Source: Acutalibacteraceae bacterium | Lineage (GTDB): Bacteria; Bacillota; Clostridia; Oscillospirales; Acutalibacteraceae | Reading direction: 5' to 3' | NCBI GenBank assembly: GCA_045604945.1 | Contig: JAZUPA010000076.1 | Span: 2,281-66,280 of the forward strand | Length of the DNA: 64,000 bases | Part shown: one piece after another, positions 47,479 to 56,482 of the stretch | Numbering within the stretch: the first letter of the stretch is position 1 | Layout of the letters: every line of letters begins with the position of its first letter | Position numbers and translations under genes: made by a program | The notes under the pieces: model-generated | The model's input: the letters and a program-made list of their open reading frames with translations, nothing else | The model's database searches: none | Told to the model about the DNA's origin: nothing

Positions 47479-48366
47479 TCAGTTTTCTATAAACCTCTTT
47501 GCAATCTTTCTTGCATCTACTGATTCCTTGAGAATAAATCCTGTTATGGGGAAATTATGGAACATACCTTTCCACAGGTGAAACTGATGAGGTACCCCTG
47601 CCCTGCTGAGCTTGTTTGCAAATTCTATGCTCTCACCCAGGAGAACATCCTGAGTGCCGCACAGAACCAGTGTACGGGGAAAATCTTCAACACCGGCAAG
47701 AATCGGAGAAACCAGAGGGCTTTTTCTTCCGACTTTTCCTGAATACTGCTTTGCGGCAGTACGAAGCATAGTGCTGTTCAGCACAGGGTCTCTTGTAAAG
47801 CTTCCGTAGGTCGCAGAGATGCATCGAAGGTCAAGCCAGGGCGCAGAAAGAACGAGATTATCAGGCATAGGAAGCCCCAGCTCCCTGAGCTTGATTACAA
47901 GAGATACAGCCAGACCGCCGCCTGCTGAATCGCCAAAAAGCGTTATTCTGTCAGTACATTCTGTTGTACCGATAAGCCATCTGTATACAGTCAAAGCATC
48001 ATCAAGTGCTGCGGGATAAGGGGCTTCGGGTGCAAGACTGTAATCTACCATCAGAACACGCTTGCCAAGGGATTTGGCAAGCAGTGCTGCGGAGTAATCC
48101 ATGGTGGTTCTTCCGGCAACATATCCGCCACCATGAAGATACAGAACTGTATGATTCCGAGGTGCCTTGTCCGTGCAGTACTCAGTGCATCTGACACCGT
48201 TTACGGAAATCTTCGATTCATTAAGTTTAAGAAGTCTGGGAAGATTCTTTGTAAATCCAAAAATCTTCTCTGAATTTCTGAGGTCAGTATTCTGGGGCAG
48301 TGCCTTTGCGCACCACATTATATCCTCTGCGAGATTTCCGAAAAATCCAGATTTGTGCATATACAT
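47479..48366 (-). CDS. Alpha/beta hydrolase (HSL-type esterase/lipase)
   Basis: HGGGY oxyanion motif and GDSAGG nucleophile elbow. Confidence 0.8.
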   Translation of the reverse strand: MYMHKSGFFGNLAEDIMWCAKALPQNTDLRNSEKIFGFTKNLPRLLKLNESKISVNGVRCTEYCTDKAPRNHTVLYLHGGGYVAGRTTMDYSAALLAKSLGKRVLMVDYSLAPEAPYPAALDDALTVYRWLIGTTECTDRITLFGDSAGGGLAVSLVIKLRELGLPMPDNLVLSAPWLDLRCISATYGSFTRDPVLNSTMLRTAAKQYSGKVGRKSPLVSPILAGVEDFPRTLVLCGTQDVLLGESIEFANKLSRAGVPHQFHLWKGMFHNFPITGFILKESVDARKIAKRFIEN

Positions 48367-48374
48367 AAAGTCAC

Positions 48375-49022
48375 CTACTTTTCGTCAAATACGGTGAGAT
48401 GAGCAGCAGAGATCTTATCGCATTTACCTGTTGCAAAATCCACAGGTGAGTGAATATTGAACATGAAGCCCTTGTCACTGTACTTTTTATCAATGCCTTC
48501 CATATAGGTCTCCTCCATACCGATATTGAGAACCTTGCCTATAATAAGAGAATTTATGTTTCTCTTTGAAAGATCAACATCGTATTCGATTTTACACTCA
48601 AGGCACAGGAAGCTCTCAGCGATTCGCGGCGAGGAAATAACTTTGCATTTTTCCATGGTGAAGCCGCCTGAGATTATCTCATTCTCCGCCATAGAGTTTC
48701 TGCGCACCGTTTCCATGCACTTTTCATAGTAATCATATGAAAGGAAATTTACGCAGAATTCCCCCTCGCGGATTATATTTGCATAAGTATGAGTATGCCT
48801 TCCGAGACATGATAGAATGGCATAATAGCCTCCTGCGTCCCCTGAAAAGCAGCTCCAGGAATGGAAGCAGGCATTGGGCATGCCGTTTTCCTTGTTTGTG
48901 GTTATCATAAAAAGCGCCTGCGGAATACCGCAGACAAATTCAGAATGAGAAAACTCCTCAAACTGATTCTGCCAGCGTTCGTACACAAGACCGTTCTGTT
49001 CAGTGCTTATTTCTCTCTTCAA
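48375..49022 (-). CDS. Flavin reductase-like (FMN-binding split barrel) protein
   Basis: 215 aa. The TTG start follows an AAAGGA RBS. Family assignment is by general resemblance only. Confidence 0.55.
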   Translation of the reverse strand: MKREISTEQNGLVYERWQNQFEEFSHSEFVCGIPQALFMITTNKENGMPNACFHSWSCFSGDAGGYYAILSCLGRHTHTYANIIREGEFCVNFLSYDYYEKCMETVRRNSMAENEIISGGFTMEKCKVISSPRIAESFLCLECKIEYDVDLSKRNINSLIIGKVLNIGMEETYMEGIDKKYSDKGFMFNIHSPVDFATGKCDKISAAHLTVFDEK

Positions 49023-49073
49023 AGCTGAAAATCCTTTCTTATTGACATGGTAATATCATAGCAGAAATCGGGC

Positions 49074-49108
49074 AAAAAGTAAAGAGGACCGATATGTTCA
49101 GTCCTCTT
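49074..49108 (-). terminator. Rho-independent terminator after trpS
   Basis: On the minus strand: AAGAGGAC...GTCCTCTT followed by TACTTTTT. Confidence 0.75.
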
Positions 49109-49114
49109 ATAAAA

Positions 49115-50119
49115 TCAAAGTCTGGGAAGTCCAACCTTCTTGTAAACCTTGCGAATAGTGCGCTCTGCAAGGTAAGCTGCCTTCTCAGCGCCTTCCTTTG
49201 CCTTCTGCTCAAGGTAAGCTCTGTCAGTAAGGAATTCCTTGTATCTCTTCTGAATAGGCTCAAGAACAGAGACAACAGCCTCGCCGACTGCAACCTTGAA
49301 GTCACCGTAGCCTTTGCCCTCGAAGTCCTTTTCAATCTGCTCAAAGGTAAGACCTGTGCAGGCAGAATAGATCTCCATAAGGTTATTGATGCCTTCCTTG
49401 CCTTCTCTGTAGCAGACGCATGCTTCGCTGTCTGTAACCGCTGACTTGAACTTCTTCATAATAACATTGGGCTCGTCTACCATAAGTACAAAGCTTCTTG
49501 TATTGGGGTCAGACTTGCTCATCTTCTTTGTGGGGTCTGCAAGGCTCATAACGCGTGCAGCCTGCTTGGGAATAAAGGGCTCAGGCACTGTAAAGGTATT
49601 TCCGTATACACCGTTGAATCGCTCTGCAACGTCTCTTGTGAGCTCCAGGTGCTGTTTCTGGTCAGCGCCGACAGGTACCATATCTGCGTTGAAAAGCAGA
49701 ATATCAGAAGCCATAAGTACAGGATATGTGAAAAGACCTGCATTGACGTTATCGGCATGCTGCTGGGACTTATCCTTGAACTGGGTCATTCTGGAAAGCT
49801 CACCGAACTGGGTGTATGTATTGAGAACCCAGGACAGCTCTGCATGAGCAGGCACCATGCTCTGATGGTAGAATATGCACTTATCGGGATCGACGCCTGC
49901 AGCAAGAAGCAGAGCATAAAGCTGCTCGGTGTTCTTTTTGAGTACCTTCGGGTCCTGACGGACTGTTATTGCGTGAAGGTTTGCAGTAGCATAGATGCAT
50001 TCAAACTCATCCTGCATTGTAATCCAGTTGCGGATAGCACCCAGATAATTTCCTATTGTCATTTCTCCGCTGGGCTGAATAGCAGAGAATATTCGCTTTT
50101 TCTTTTCTGTGTTTTCCAT
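49115..50119 (-). CDS. trpS: Tryptophan--tRNA ligase
   Basis: IFSAIQPSGEMTIGNYLGA (HIGH-like region) and KMSKS motifs. GGAGG RBS. Confidence 0.95.
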   Translation of the reverse strand: MENTEKKKRIFSAIQPSGEMTIGNYLGAIRNWITMQDEFECIYATANLHAITVRQDPKVLKKNTEQLYALLLAAGVDPDKCIFYHQSMVPAHAELSWVLNTYTQFGELSRMTQFKDKSQQHADNVNAGLFTYPVLMASDILLFNADMVPVGADQKQHLELTRDVAERFNGVYGNTFTVPEPFIPKQAARVMSLADPTKKMSKSDPNTRSFVLMVDEPNVIMKKFKSAVTDSEACVCYREGKEGINNLMEIYSACTGLTFEQIEKDFEGKGYGDFKVAVGEAVVSVLEPIQKRYKEFLTDRAYLEQKAKEGAEKAAYLAERTIRKVYKKVGLPRL

Positions 50120-50137
50120 ATCGAGTTCCTCCTGTTA

Positions 50138-51313
50138 TCAAAGCCCGGCGATAATATCGGACAGAATTTCAACGCCCCTGACTATCTGCTCATCAGAGGG
50201 AGTGGAGTAATTGGTTCTGAAGGAGATGCAGCTCTCGGTCTCATCGGTAAGGAATGCGGTACCGGGAACTACTGCAACACCCTTTTCTATACCCTTTTTG
50301 CAGAATTCAAGCATATCGGAGCCTTCGGGGAGATTGCACCAGATAAAGAGTCCGCCGTCAGGCTTGATGAATTCAACCTTGCCCTTGAAGCCGTCGGTCA
50401 TGCAGTCGCACATAAGCTTGCACTTATCTCTGTAAATACCGCGGATCATATTGATATGAGCATCATACTCTTCGCTTGTCATGAACTTATGCACTATAAG
50501 CTGGGAAAGGATGGTTGTATGAACATCCTGAACCTGCTTGCAGACGATCATCTTGGAAAGTACGGGCTTGGGAGCAATAGCATAGCCGACTCTGAGACCC
50601 GGAGAGATGACCTTGGAGAAGGAACCTGCGTAAATTACGATTCCATCCTCGTCCATGCTCTTTATGGAAGGCAGGGTTTCCCCTGCAAATCTGGTTTCGC
50701 CGTAGGGGTTATCTTCAAGAACCATAACGCCGTACTGCTTTGCAAGAGAATAGATTGCCTTTCTCTTTTCGAGAGAGGTTGTTCTTCCTGTGGGGTTCTG
50801 GAAATCAGGGATAACATAGATGAATTTTGTGTTGGGATTTGCCTTGAGAGCAGCTTCCAGCATATCGATGTTCATGCCGTCCTCTTCCATGTCAACGCCT
50901 ACAAGCTTTGTATTGAAGGAACGGAAGGAATTGAGAGAACCAATGAAGCTGGGCTTCTCGCAGATGATTACATCTCCCTCGTTGCAGAGACTCATGGTGG
51001 TGAGGTTCATAACCTGCTGAGCGCCGGAAGTGATGATGATATCGTCCTCGGCACCGAAATACTGGGGATATTTTGCTCTTATTGCATCCTTCAGGGGCTG
51101 ATAGCCCTCGGTAATGGAATACTGAAGTGCATTTATAGGCTGCTGAGCAAATATGTCAGCAGTGATTTCTGCAATTTTAGCTGTGGGGAAAGCATCGGGT
51201 GCAGGATTTCCTGCAGAAAAAGGAATCATGCCGGGAACAGAGGACATTTTAAGAATCTCACGGATAAGTGAGGGCTTGAGAGATGAAACTCTGTCAGAAA
51301 GTTGATAGTTCAA
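50138..51313 (-). CDS. PLP-dependent aminotransferase, class I/II
   Basis: FQNPTG and SFSK (PLP-binding Lys) motifs. The TTG start overlaps the alr stop (TTGA) and lies 9 nt after a GAGGAG RBS. Confidence 0.85.
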   Translation of the reverse strand: MNYQLSDRVSSLKPSLIREILKMSSVPGMIPFSAGNPAPDAFPTAKIAEITADIFAQQPINALQYSITEGYQPLKDAIRAKYPQYFGAEDDIIITSGAQQVMNLTTMSLCNEGDVIICEKPSFIGSLNSFRSFNTKLVGVDMEEDGMNIDMLEAALKANPNTKFIYVIPDFQNPTGRTTSLEKRKAIYSLAKQYGVMVLEDNPYGETRFAGETLPSIKSMDEDGIVIYAGSFSKVISPGLRVGYAIAPKPVLSKMIVCKQVQDVHTTILSQLIVHKFMTSEEYDAHINMIRGIYRDKCKLMCDCMTDGFKGKVEFIKPDGGLFIWCNLPEGSDMLEFCKKGIEKGVAVVPGTAFLTDETESCISFRTNYSTPSDEQIVRGVEILSDIIAGL

Positions 51314-52512
51314 AGGTAACGCTCCTCGCTGATAATGTAGTTTACCTGTGCAACCTGTTTTCCGCCGCGCAGATATATTCTCGGAACACGCTTGCCTATA
51401 AGGCAGACGGTTTCGTAATTTATTGTGTCGGTCTTTTCAGAAAGCTCGTCAACGTGAATTTCCGAGCCGTTATCCTCGCCAAAAACGGTTACTGTCATCC
51501 CCGAGGTGACATTCTCAATCTCGGAAACATCAAGCATCAGCTGATCCATGCAGATTCTGCCAATAATCGGCGCTCTGACTCCATTGACAAGCATATCCTG
51601 CCTACCTGAAAGAGGTCTGGGATATCCGTCGGCGTAGCCGACAGGAACCGTTGCAACCTTCATTTCCTTTTCTGCCGTGAAGGTTCTTCCGTAGCTGACT
51701 GCAGCGCCCTTTTCAATGGTCTTTATCATTGAAATTACCGATTTAAGCTGCATCGCAGGCCGCAGATCATATTTTCCAAGGAAAAGCTTTGAAGGGGCAA
51801 GCCCATAAAGAATAATGCCGGGACGAACCATATCCATATGAAATTCAGGATATTCGAGAGTGGCAGCACTGTTGCAGCAGTGTCTGAATCTGAAGGTTAT
51901 TCCGCGGTCAGAGAGGATATCTATGACCTTTTTGAAGTTAGAAAACTGTGTCAAGGTAAATTCCTTGCCATCCTCCCCCTCATCAGCAACGGCAAAATGA
52001 GTAAAAATACCATCGCAATCGAGGTTCGGAAGGGAACAAATTCTCTCGACAGTATCAGCAGCAACAAGATTCTGACCGTCATCATGACAGCCGAAACCCA
52101 GTCTGCTCATGCCGGTATCAAGCTTTATATGACACTTCACAGGGCTTCCGTTCTGCTGTGCGCAGGCAGACAGCTCTATTGCGTATTCCTCAGAAAAAAC
52201 CGCCTGTGAAATACCGAAAGCAGACAGCTCTGCGGCTCTGTCGGGAGGAGTATAGCCAAGGATAAGAATCGGTCTTGTAATTCCGTAGTGCCTCAGCTGC
52301 AGTGCTTCGTGCAGGTTTGAAACGCCGAACCAGTCAGCACCGATTCTCTGATGCTCCAGCGCAACATTCTGAACGCCGTGACCGTAGGCATCAGCCTTTA
52401 CAATGCACATAATCTTGACAGACGGGTCAACCTTCTTTCGCACAATATCGTAATTGTGGCGAATCATTTCAAGGTCGATTTCTGCCCAGGTGCGTTTAAG
52501 GATTTTGCTCAA
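51310..52512 (-). CDS. alr: Alanine racemase
   Basis: VKADAYGHG PLP-Lys motif and the typical C-terminal beta-domain. TTG start. Confidence 0.92.
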   Translation of the reverse strand: MSKILKRTWAEIDLEMIRHNYDIVRKKVDPSVKIMCIVKADAYGHGVQNVALEHQRIGADWFGVSNLHEALQLRHYGITRPILILGYTPPDRAAELSAFGISQAVFSEEYAIELSACAQQNGSPVKCHIKLDTGMSRLGFGCHDDGQNLVAADTVERICSLPNLDCDGIFTHFAVADEGEDGKEFTLTQFSNFKKVIDILSDRGITFRFRHCCNSAATLEYPEFHMDMVRPGIILYGLAPSKLFLGKYDLRPAMQLKSVISMIKTIEKGAAVSYGRTFTAEKEMKVATVPVGYADGYPRPLSGRQDMLVNGVRAPIIGRICMDQLMLDVSEIENVTSGMTVTVFGEDNGSEIHVDELSEKTDTINYETVCLIGKRVPRIYLRGGKQVAQVNYIISEERYL

Positions 52513-52545
52513 GTAAATCTCGCCTTTCGGGTACAGTTAGAATTC

Positions 52546-53088
52546 TTAAAGTATATTGTTAAGCAGGCTTGGCAGCCCGAAATCTGTATAGAACGCCAGA
52601 ATCTCATAAGCAAAGAATATGCAGATGAGCGTAAAGAGAGTGATGAATATTTTCGGGAAAGCGCCCCATCTTGTAAAGAAAAGAAGCAGCACCAGACCAA
52701 TCGGGAAGCAAAGCAGAAGCGCAAAAAACACCAGCACAGGTGGAGCATTCCATCGGTCAGCCTTGATATCAGCAGGAGAAATCATTCCCTGAACAGGATA
52801 CATAGGATAAATCGGCTCAGCAGGATAAATTGACTCTGAAGGCGGCTCAACCTGCTGCAGAATAATTGGCTGAGTGTATATCGGCTGTGCAATTACAGGC
52901 TGGGTGTACACCGGTTGAGTTGTATATACAGGCTGAGTTACAACCTGGGGCTGAGGGACAGCCTGTGAAGCGGCAGTCTCCGAAGGAATTTCACCTTCGC
53001 CGACAATTACTTCTTCTTCACTTATGTATTCATCAGACATGTAATCTGAATCATAATTATCCATTGCAGCTGCGTATTCATTATCCAA
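52546..53088 (-). CDS. Hypothetical membrane protein with an acidic, Q-P-V/I-Y-T repeat N-terminal region
   Basis: TQPVYTTQPVYTQPVIAQPIYTQPIIL repeats are followed by two or three hydrophobic helices. The promoter TTGACA-17-TATATT lies upstream. Confidence 0.6.
   Translation of the reverse strand: MDNEYAAAMDNYDSDYMSDEYISEEEVIVGEGEIPSETAASQAVPQPQVVTQPVYTTQPVYTQPVIAQPIYTQPIILQQVEPPSESIYPAEPIYPMYPVQGMISPADIKADRWNAPPVLVFFALLLCFPIGLVLLLFFTRWGAFPKIFITLFTLICIFFAYEILAFYTDFGLPSLLNNIL
52855..52957 (-). repeat. Imperfect 12-15-bp coding tandem repeats (QPVYT units)
   Basis: Reiterated ACAGGCTG(G/A)GT(G/T)TA(C/T)A-type units on the plus strand. Confidence 0.6.
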
Positions 53089-53171
53089 CTTGGTTCAACC
53101 CCTTACTTTAAAGATACTTTATTAAATTAATATATCACGCGGGTGTTGTTTTGTCAAACATTTACATATTT

Positions 53172-54404
53172 TCAGGTATAAGATCGCAGTGACTGAAAGA
53201 ATGTATCCACTGCTGCTGAAAGCTCATATTCACCCGAAATATAATTATCTGCACAGGTGTTGAGCAGAGATATTGCAATACTGTCATCAGATGACTGCAG
53301 CGATGAACCGCTGAGCTTATCTGCTGCCTTTATAAGCGTTCTGAAGTAATTCTGACCTCCGAATACTGCCGATTGAAACTGACTGTCTGATGCAGCGGTT
53401 CGGTTGACATGTTTATTCCATGTAAAAATCCCGCTGTAAAGGGACGATTTTATCATTACCGATTCATTTGCTGTAAGCAGAGAAATAATGTCTGAGCTGA
53501 TTTCAATATCATCGCTTCCGCTGTATATGGCAAGATAAGCTCCGCCCCATGCGTAGTTTCCGCAGGGTACTGCAGCTCCCCAGTCTCCGATGCTTTCATC
53601 TGCTATCCTGAAAAGGACATCCCTGACCGCGATATCTGACAGGCAGTAACCGAACACCGTGCTCGAATCATTGAAGCCCTCTGCCCATGCTTCCGACCAC
53701 TGCTGAGCTCCGTATACATAGCCTTCATCTGCAAGCTTTTTTGCAAACTCAAAGTATCCTGCAACTTTCTCTTCGTCAAGCGACGAGAAATCGCCGCCGA
53801 AATATGCCCTTGTAATATCGCCTAAACCGGGAAGCACATATGTATTTCCTGAGGAGGATACCTTCAGAAGCTGTGCAACCTCAAGAAAACTGTCGGTATC
53901 AGACATCAGATTTTCAATAGCTTCAGGCTCATCAGTGCCAAGATAAGCCTTTGCTATGCTTCTTCTGTAAGCAAAAATCCCGGGAGAAGCATGCCAGCAA
54001 GCAGCATAAAGTTTGCCGTTCACCTTTCCTGTGTTAACTGCAAAATCATAAAATCTGTTTTCATCAATTGCCGACGATAATTCAGAAAGCGGCGCAATCA
54101 TGCCTTTTTCCGCCATCGGTTCAATTGCTTCGGGTGGCAGCATTATTATGTCAGGTGTTTTACCTTTACACGCAGAATCATAGATTTTCTGCTCTATCTG
54201 AGTAAAATCAACCGCTTCAACTTCAATAATTCGCTCGTTCTGAGAGCAGTAGTTTTTAATAGTCCAGTCAATGTAGGAGGCATAATCATCGGAAAGCACC
54301 CAGATAGACAGGACAGGTTTTTCCTCTTTATTCTGCTCACCGCAGGAAATAAGTCCAAGCAATGCAGCAAGGACAAGAAATACACTGATAATTCGCCTTG
54401 TCAC
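53172..54404 (-). CDS. Extracellular solute-binding lipoprotein (ABC-type, sugar-binding family-like), orphan
   Basis: Lipobox LGLISC after a hydrophobic signal. The GTG at 54404 lies 9 nt after a GGAG RBS; the ORF track starts at 54413. No permease or ATPase genes are adjacent. Confidence 0.75.
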   Translation of the reverse strand: MTRRIISVFLVLAALLGLISCGEQNKEEKPVLSIWVLSDDYASYIDWTIKNYCSQNERIIEVEAVDFTQIEQKIYDSACKGKTPDIIMLPPEAIEPMAEKGMIAPLSELSSAIDENRFYDFAVNTGKVNGKLYAACWHASPGIFAYRRSIAKAYLGTDEPEAIENLMSDTDSFLEVAQLLKVSSSGNTYVLPGLGDITRAYFGGDFSSLDEEKVAGYFEFAKKLADEGYVYGAQQWSEAWAEGFNDSSTVFGYCLSDIAVRDVLFRIADESIGDWGAAVPCGNYAWGGAYLAIYSGSDDIEISSDIISLLTANESVMIKSSLYSGIFTWNKHVNRTAASDSQFQSAVFGGQNYFRTLIKAADKLSGSSLQSSDDSIAISLLNTCADNYISGEYELSAAVDTFFQSLRSYT

Positions 54405-54434
54405 GGCATTCACTCCATAAACAATGTTGAATTA

Positions 54435-54463
54435 ATTATATACCCTGTTTCTGCTCATTTCAA
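54435..54463 (-). promoter_or_regulatory. Sigma-A promoter for the solute-binding protein gene
   Basis: On the minus strand: TTGAAA, 17 nt, TATAAT. Confidence 0.6.
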
Positions 54464-54474
54464 TGAGATAAAGC

Positions 54475-54503
54475 AAAAAGCACGGACAAAATCGTCCGTG
54501 CTT
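54475..54503 (-). terminator. Rho-independent terminator after clpX
   Basis: On the minus strand: AGCACGGAC-GATTTT-GTCCGTGCT followed by T5. Confidence 0.85.
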
Positions 54504-54508
54504 AAAAT

Positions 54509-55828
54509 TCAGCTGGATTTTTTTCTGGTGCCTGACTTTTTGGCTTTTTTCAGAGCATCTGAATCATCATCGGAAGATGAGAACATTACTCTCTCTTCCC
54601 CTCTGACAAACTCAGGATCTCCGCCGCTTACACAGTCAGCAGTGATAATAACCTTGCGAACCGTAAGATCGGAAGGTACATCGAACATGATAGGGGTCAT
54701 TATGCCCTCGATTATGCCTCTCAGACCTCTTGCGCCGGTCTTCTGCTCAACGGTCTTCTCAGCGATTGCAGCAAGTGCATCGGGAGTAAACTCAAGCTCA
54801 ACTCCGTCAATTCTCAGCAGCTCTGTATACTGCTTGATAATGGCGTTTCTGGGCTCAGACATTACACGGATGAGCGCATCCTTGTCAAGACTGTCGAGAG
54901 TTGCAAAAACAGGCAGACGACCGACTATCTCGGGAATAAGACCGAACTTTACGAGGTCGTGAGGTATAACCTGCTTTAAAAGTTCGCTGTACTCAGAGTC
55001 ATCCTTGCTCTTGATCTCAGCACCGAAGCCCATAGATGATGTAGAAACACGTTTTTCTATGATTTTTTCAATACCGTCAAAGGCACCGCCGCAGATAAAG
55101 AGGATATTCGATGTATCTATCTGAATAAACTCCTGCTGCGGATGTTTTCTTCCGCCCTGAGGAGGAACATTTGCAACAGTTCCCTCAAGGATCTTGAGCA
55201 GAGCCTGCTGAACGCCCTCACCGCTTACATCACGGGTGATGGACGGATTTTCCGACTTGCGTGCAATCTTATCGATTTCATCGATATAGATAATACCCTG
55301 TTCGGCTTCTTCAACATCCCAGTCAGCTGCCTGAATAAGTCTTAAAAGAATGTTTTCAACATCCTCGCCGACATATCCTGCCTCAGTGAGTGTGGTCGCA
55401 TCAGCAATTGCAAAAGGTACATCAAGAAGCTTTGCTAGAGACTGCGCCAGGAAAGTCTTGCCGACGCCTGTGGGACCGATAAGAAGAATATTGCTCTTCT
55501 GCAGATCAACAGCAGTATCCTCTGCGGTTATTCTCTTATAGTGATTGTAAACCGCAACGGAAAGCGCTACCTTTGCCCTGTCCTGTCCTATGACGAAATT
55601 ATCAAGATGCTCCTTGATGTCTCTGGGACGGAGAACCTCAAACTCATCAAAGGATTTCTTATGATCATTCCTGCGTCCGAGCTCTGCATCGATAATCTCA
55701 TGGCAGAGTCTGATGCATTCATCACAGATGAATGCACCGGAGCCGGATATCATGCGTTCAACATCAGCATCGGTCTTATTGCAGAAAGAGCAGTGAAAAT
55801 TGCCGCTGCCGGGTTCCTTGTATGACAT
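54509..55828 (-). CDS. clpX: ATP-dependent Clp protease ATP-binding subunit ClpX
   Basis: N-terminal zinc finger (CSFC...CDEC), Walker A GPTGVGKT and IYIDEIDK motifs. Confidence 0.97.
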   Translation of the reverse strand: MSYKEPGSGNFHCSFCNKTDADVERMISGSGAFICDECIRLCHEIIDAELGRRNDHKKSFDEFEVLRPRDIKEHLDNFVIGQDRAKVALSVAVYNHYKRITAEDTAVDLQKSNILLIGPTGVGKTFLAQSLAKLLDVPFAIADATTLTEAGYVGEDVENILLRLIQAADWDVEEAEQGIIYIDEIDKIARKSENPSITRDVSGEGVQQALLKILEGTVANVPPQGGRKHPQQEFIQIDTSNILFICGGAFDGIEKIIEKRVSTSSMGFGAEIKSKDDSEYSELLKQVIPHDLVKFGLIPEIVGRLPVFATLDSLDKDALIRVMSEPRNAIIKQYTELLRIDGVELEFTPDALAAIAEKTVEQKTGARGLRGIIEGIMTPIMFDVPSDLTVRKVIITADCVSGGDPEFVRGEERVMFSSSDDDSDALKKAKKSGTRKKSS

Positions 55829-55840
55829 TGATACACCAAC

Positions 55841-56422
55841 CTATCGTCTCGAAATTACCTTGTCAATAATGCCATATTCCATGGCTTCCTGAGCGGTCAT
55901 GTAGTTGTCGCGCTCGGTATCCTTTTCGATTATGTCGATTGACTTTCCGGTGTTTTCTGCAAGAATAGTGTTCAGCTTTTTCTTGATCTTGAGGATCTGA
56001 TTTGCCTGAATTGCAATATCAGTTGCCTGACCCTGAGAGCCGCCGAGAGGCTGATGAATCATGATTTCACTGTTGGGAAGAGCAAGGCGCTTGCCCTTTG
56101 TGCCTGCAGAAAGGAGGAATGCTCCCATGCTTGCAGCCATACCGATGCAGATGGTGGAAACATCGCACTTGATGTAATTCATTGTATCGTAGATGGCAAA
56201 GCCTGCAGAAACACTTCCGCCGGGGCTATTGATGTAGAGACTGATGTCTTTCGAGGGGTCCTGACTCTCAAGATAAAGAAGCTGAGCTACTACAAGGCTT
56301 GCGGTAGTGTCATTGACTTCTTCAGAGAGGATGATGATTCTGTCGTTGAGAAGTCTGGAATAAATATCGTAGGACCTCTCACCTCTGTTGGTCTGTTCTA
56401 TGACTACAGGTACTAAACTCAT
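55841..56422 (-). CDS. clpP: ATP-dependent Clp protease proteolytic subunit
   Basis: GMAASMGAF (catalytic Ser) and IMIHQP (His) motifs. Confidence 0.97.
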   Translation of the reverse strand: MSLVPVVIEQTNRGERSYDIYSRLLNDRIIILSEEVNDTTASLVVAQLLYLESQDPSKDISLYINSPGGSVSAGFAIYDTMNYIKCDVSTICIGMAASMGAFLLSAGTKGKRLALPNSEIMIHQPLGGSQGQATDIAIQANQILKIKKKLNTILAENTGKSIDIIEKDTERDNYMTAQEAMEYGIIDKVISRR

Positions 56423-56482
56423 AAAAACACCTCCGGGATATAATATATCTGATTAACTAAAGATTATGAGCGGAACAGATAA

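Noticed and set aside
49649-51271. 540-aa plus-strand ORF spanning trpS and the aminotransferase.
   Set aside because: It is antisense to two well-supported genes and crosses their intergenic junction. The sequence is Cys/Leu-rich with no motifs.
56423-56482. Expected CtsR operator (GGTCAAA tandem repeat) upstream of clpP.
   Set aside because: No such repeat is present in the 60-nt tig-clpP spacer. clpP appears to be co-transcribed from the tig promoter.
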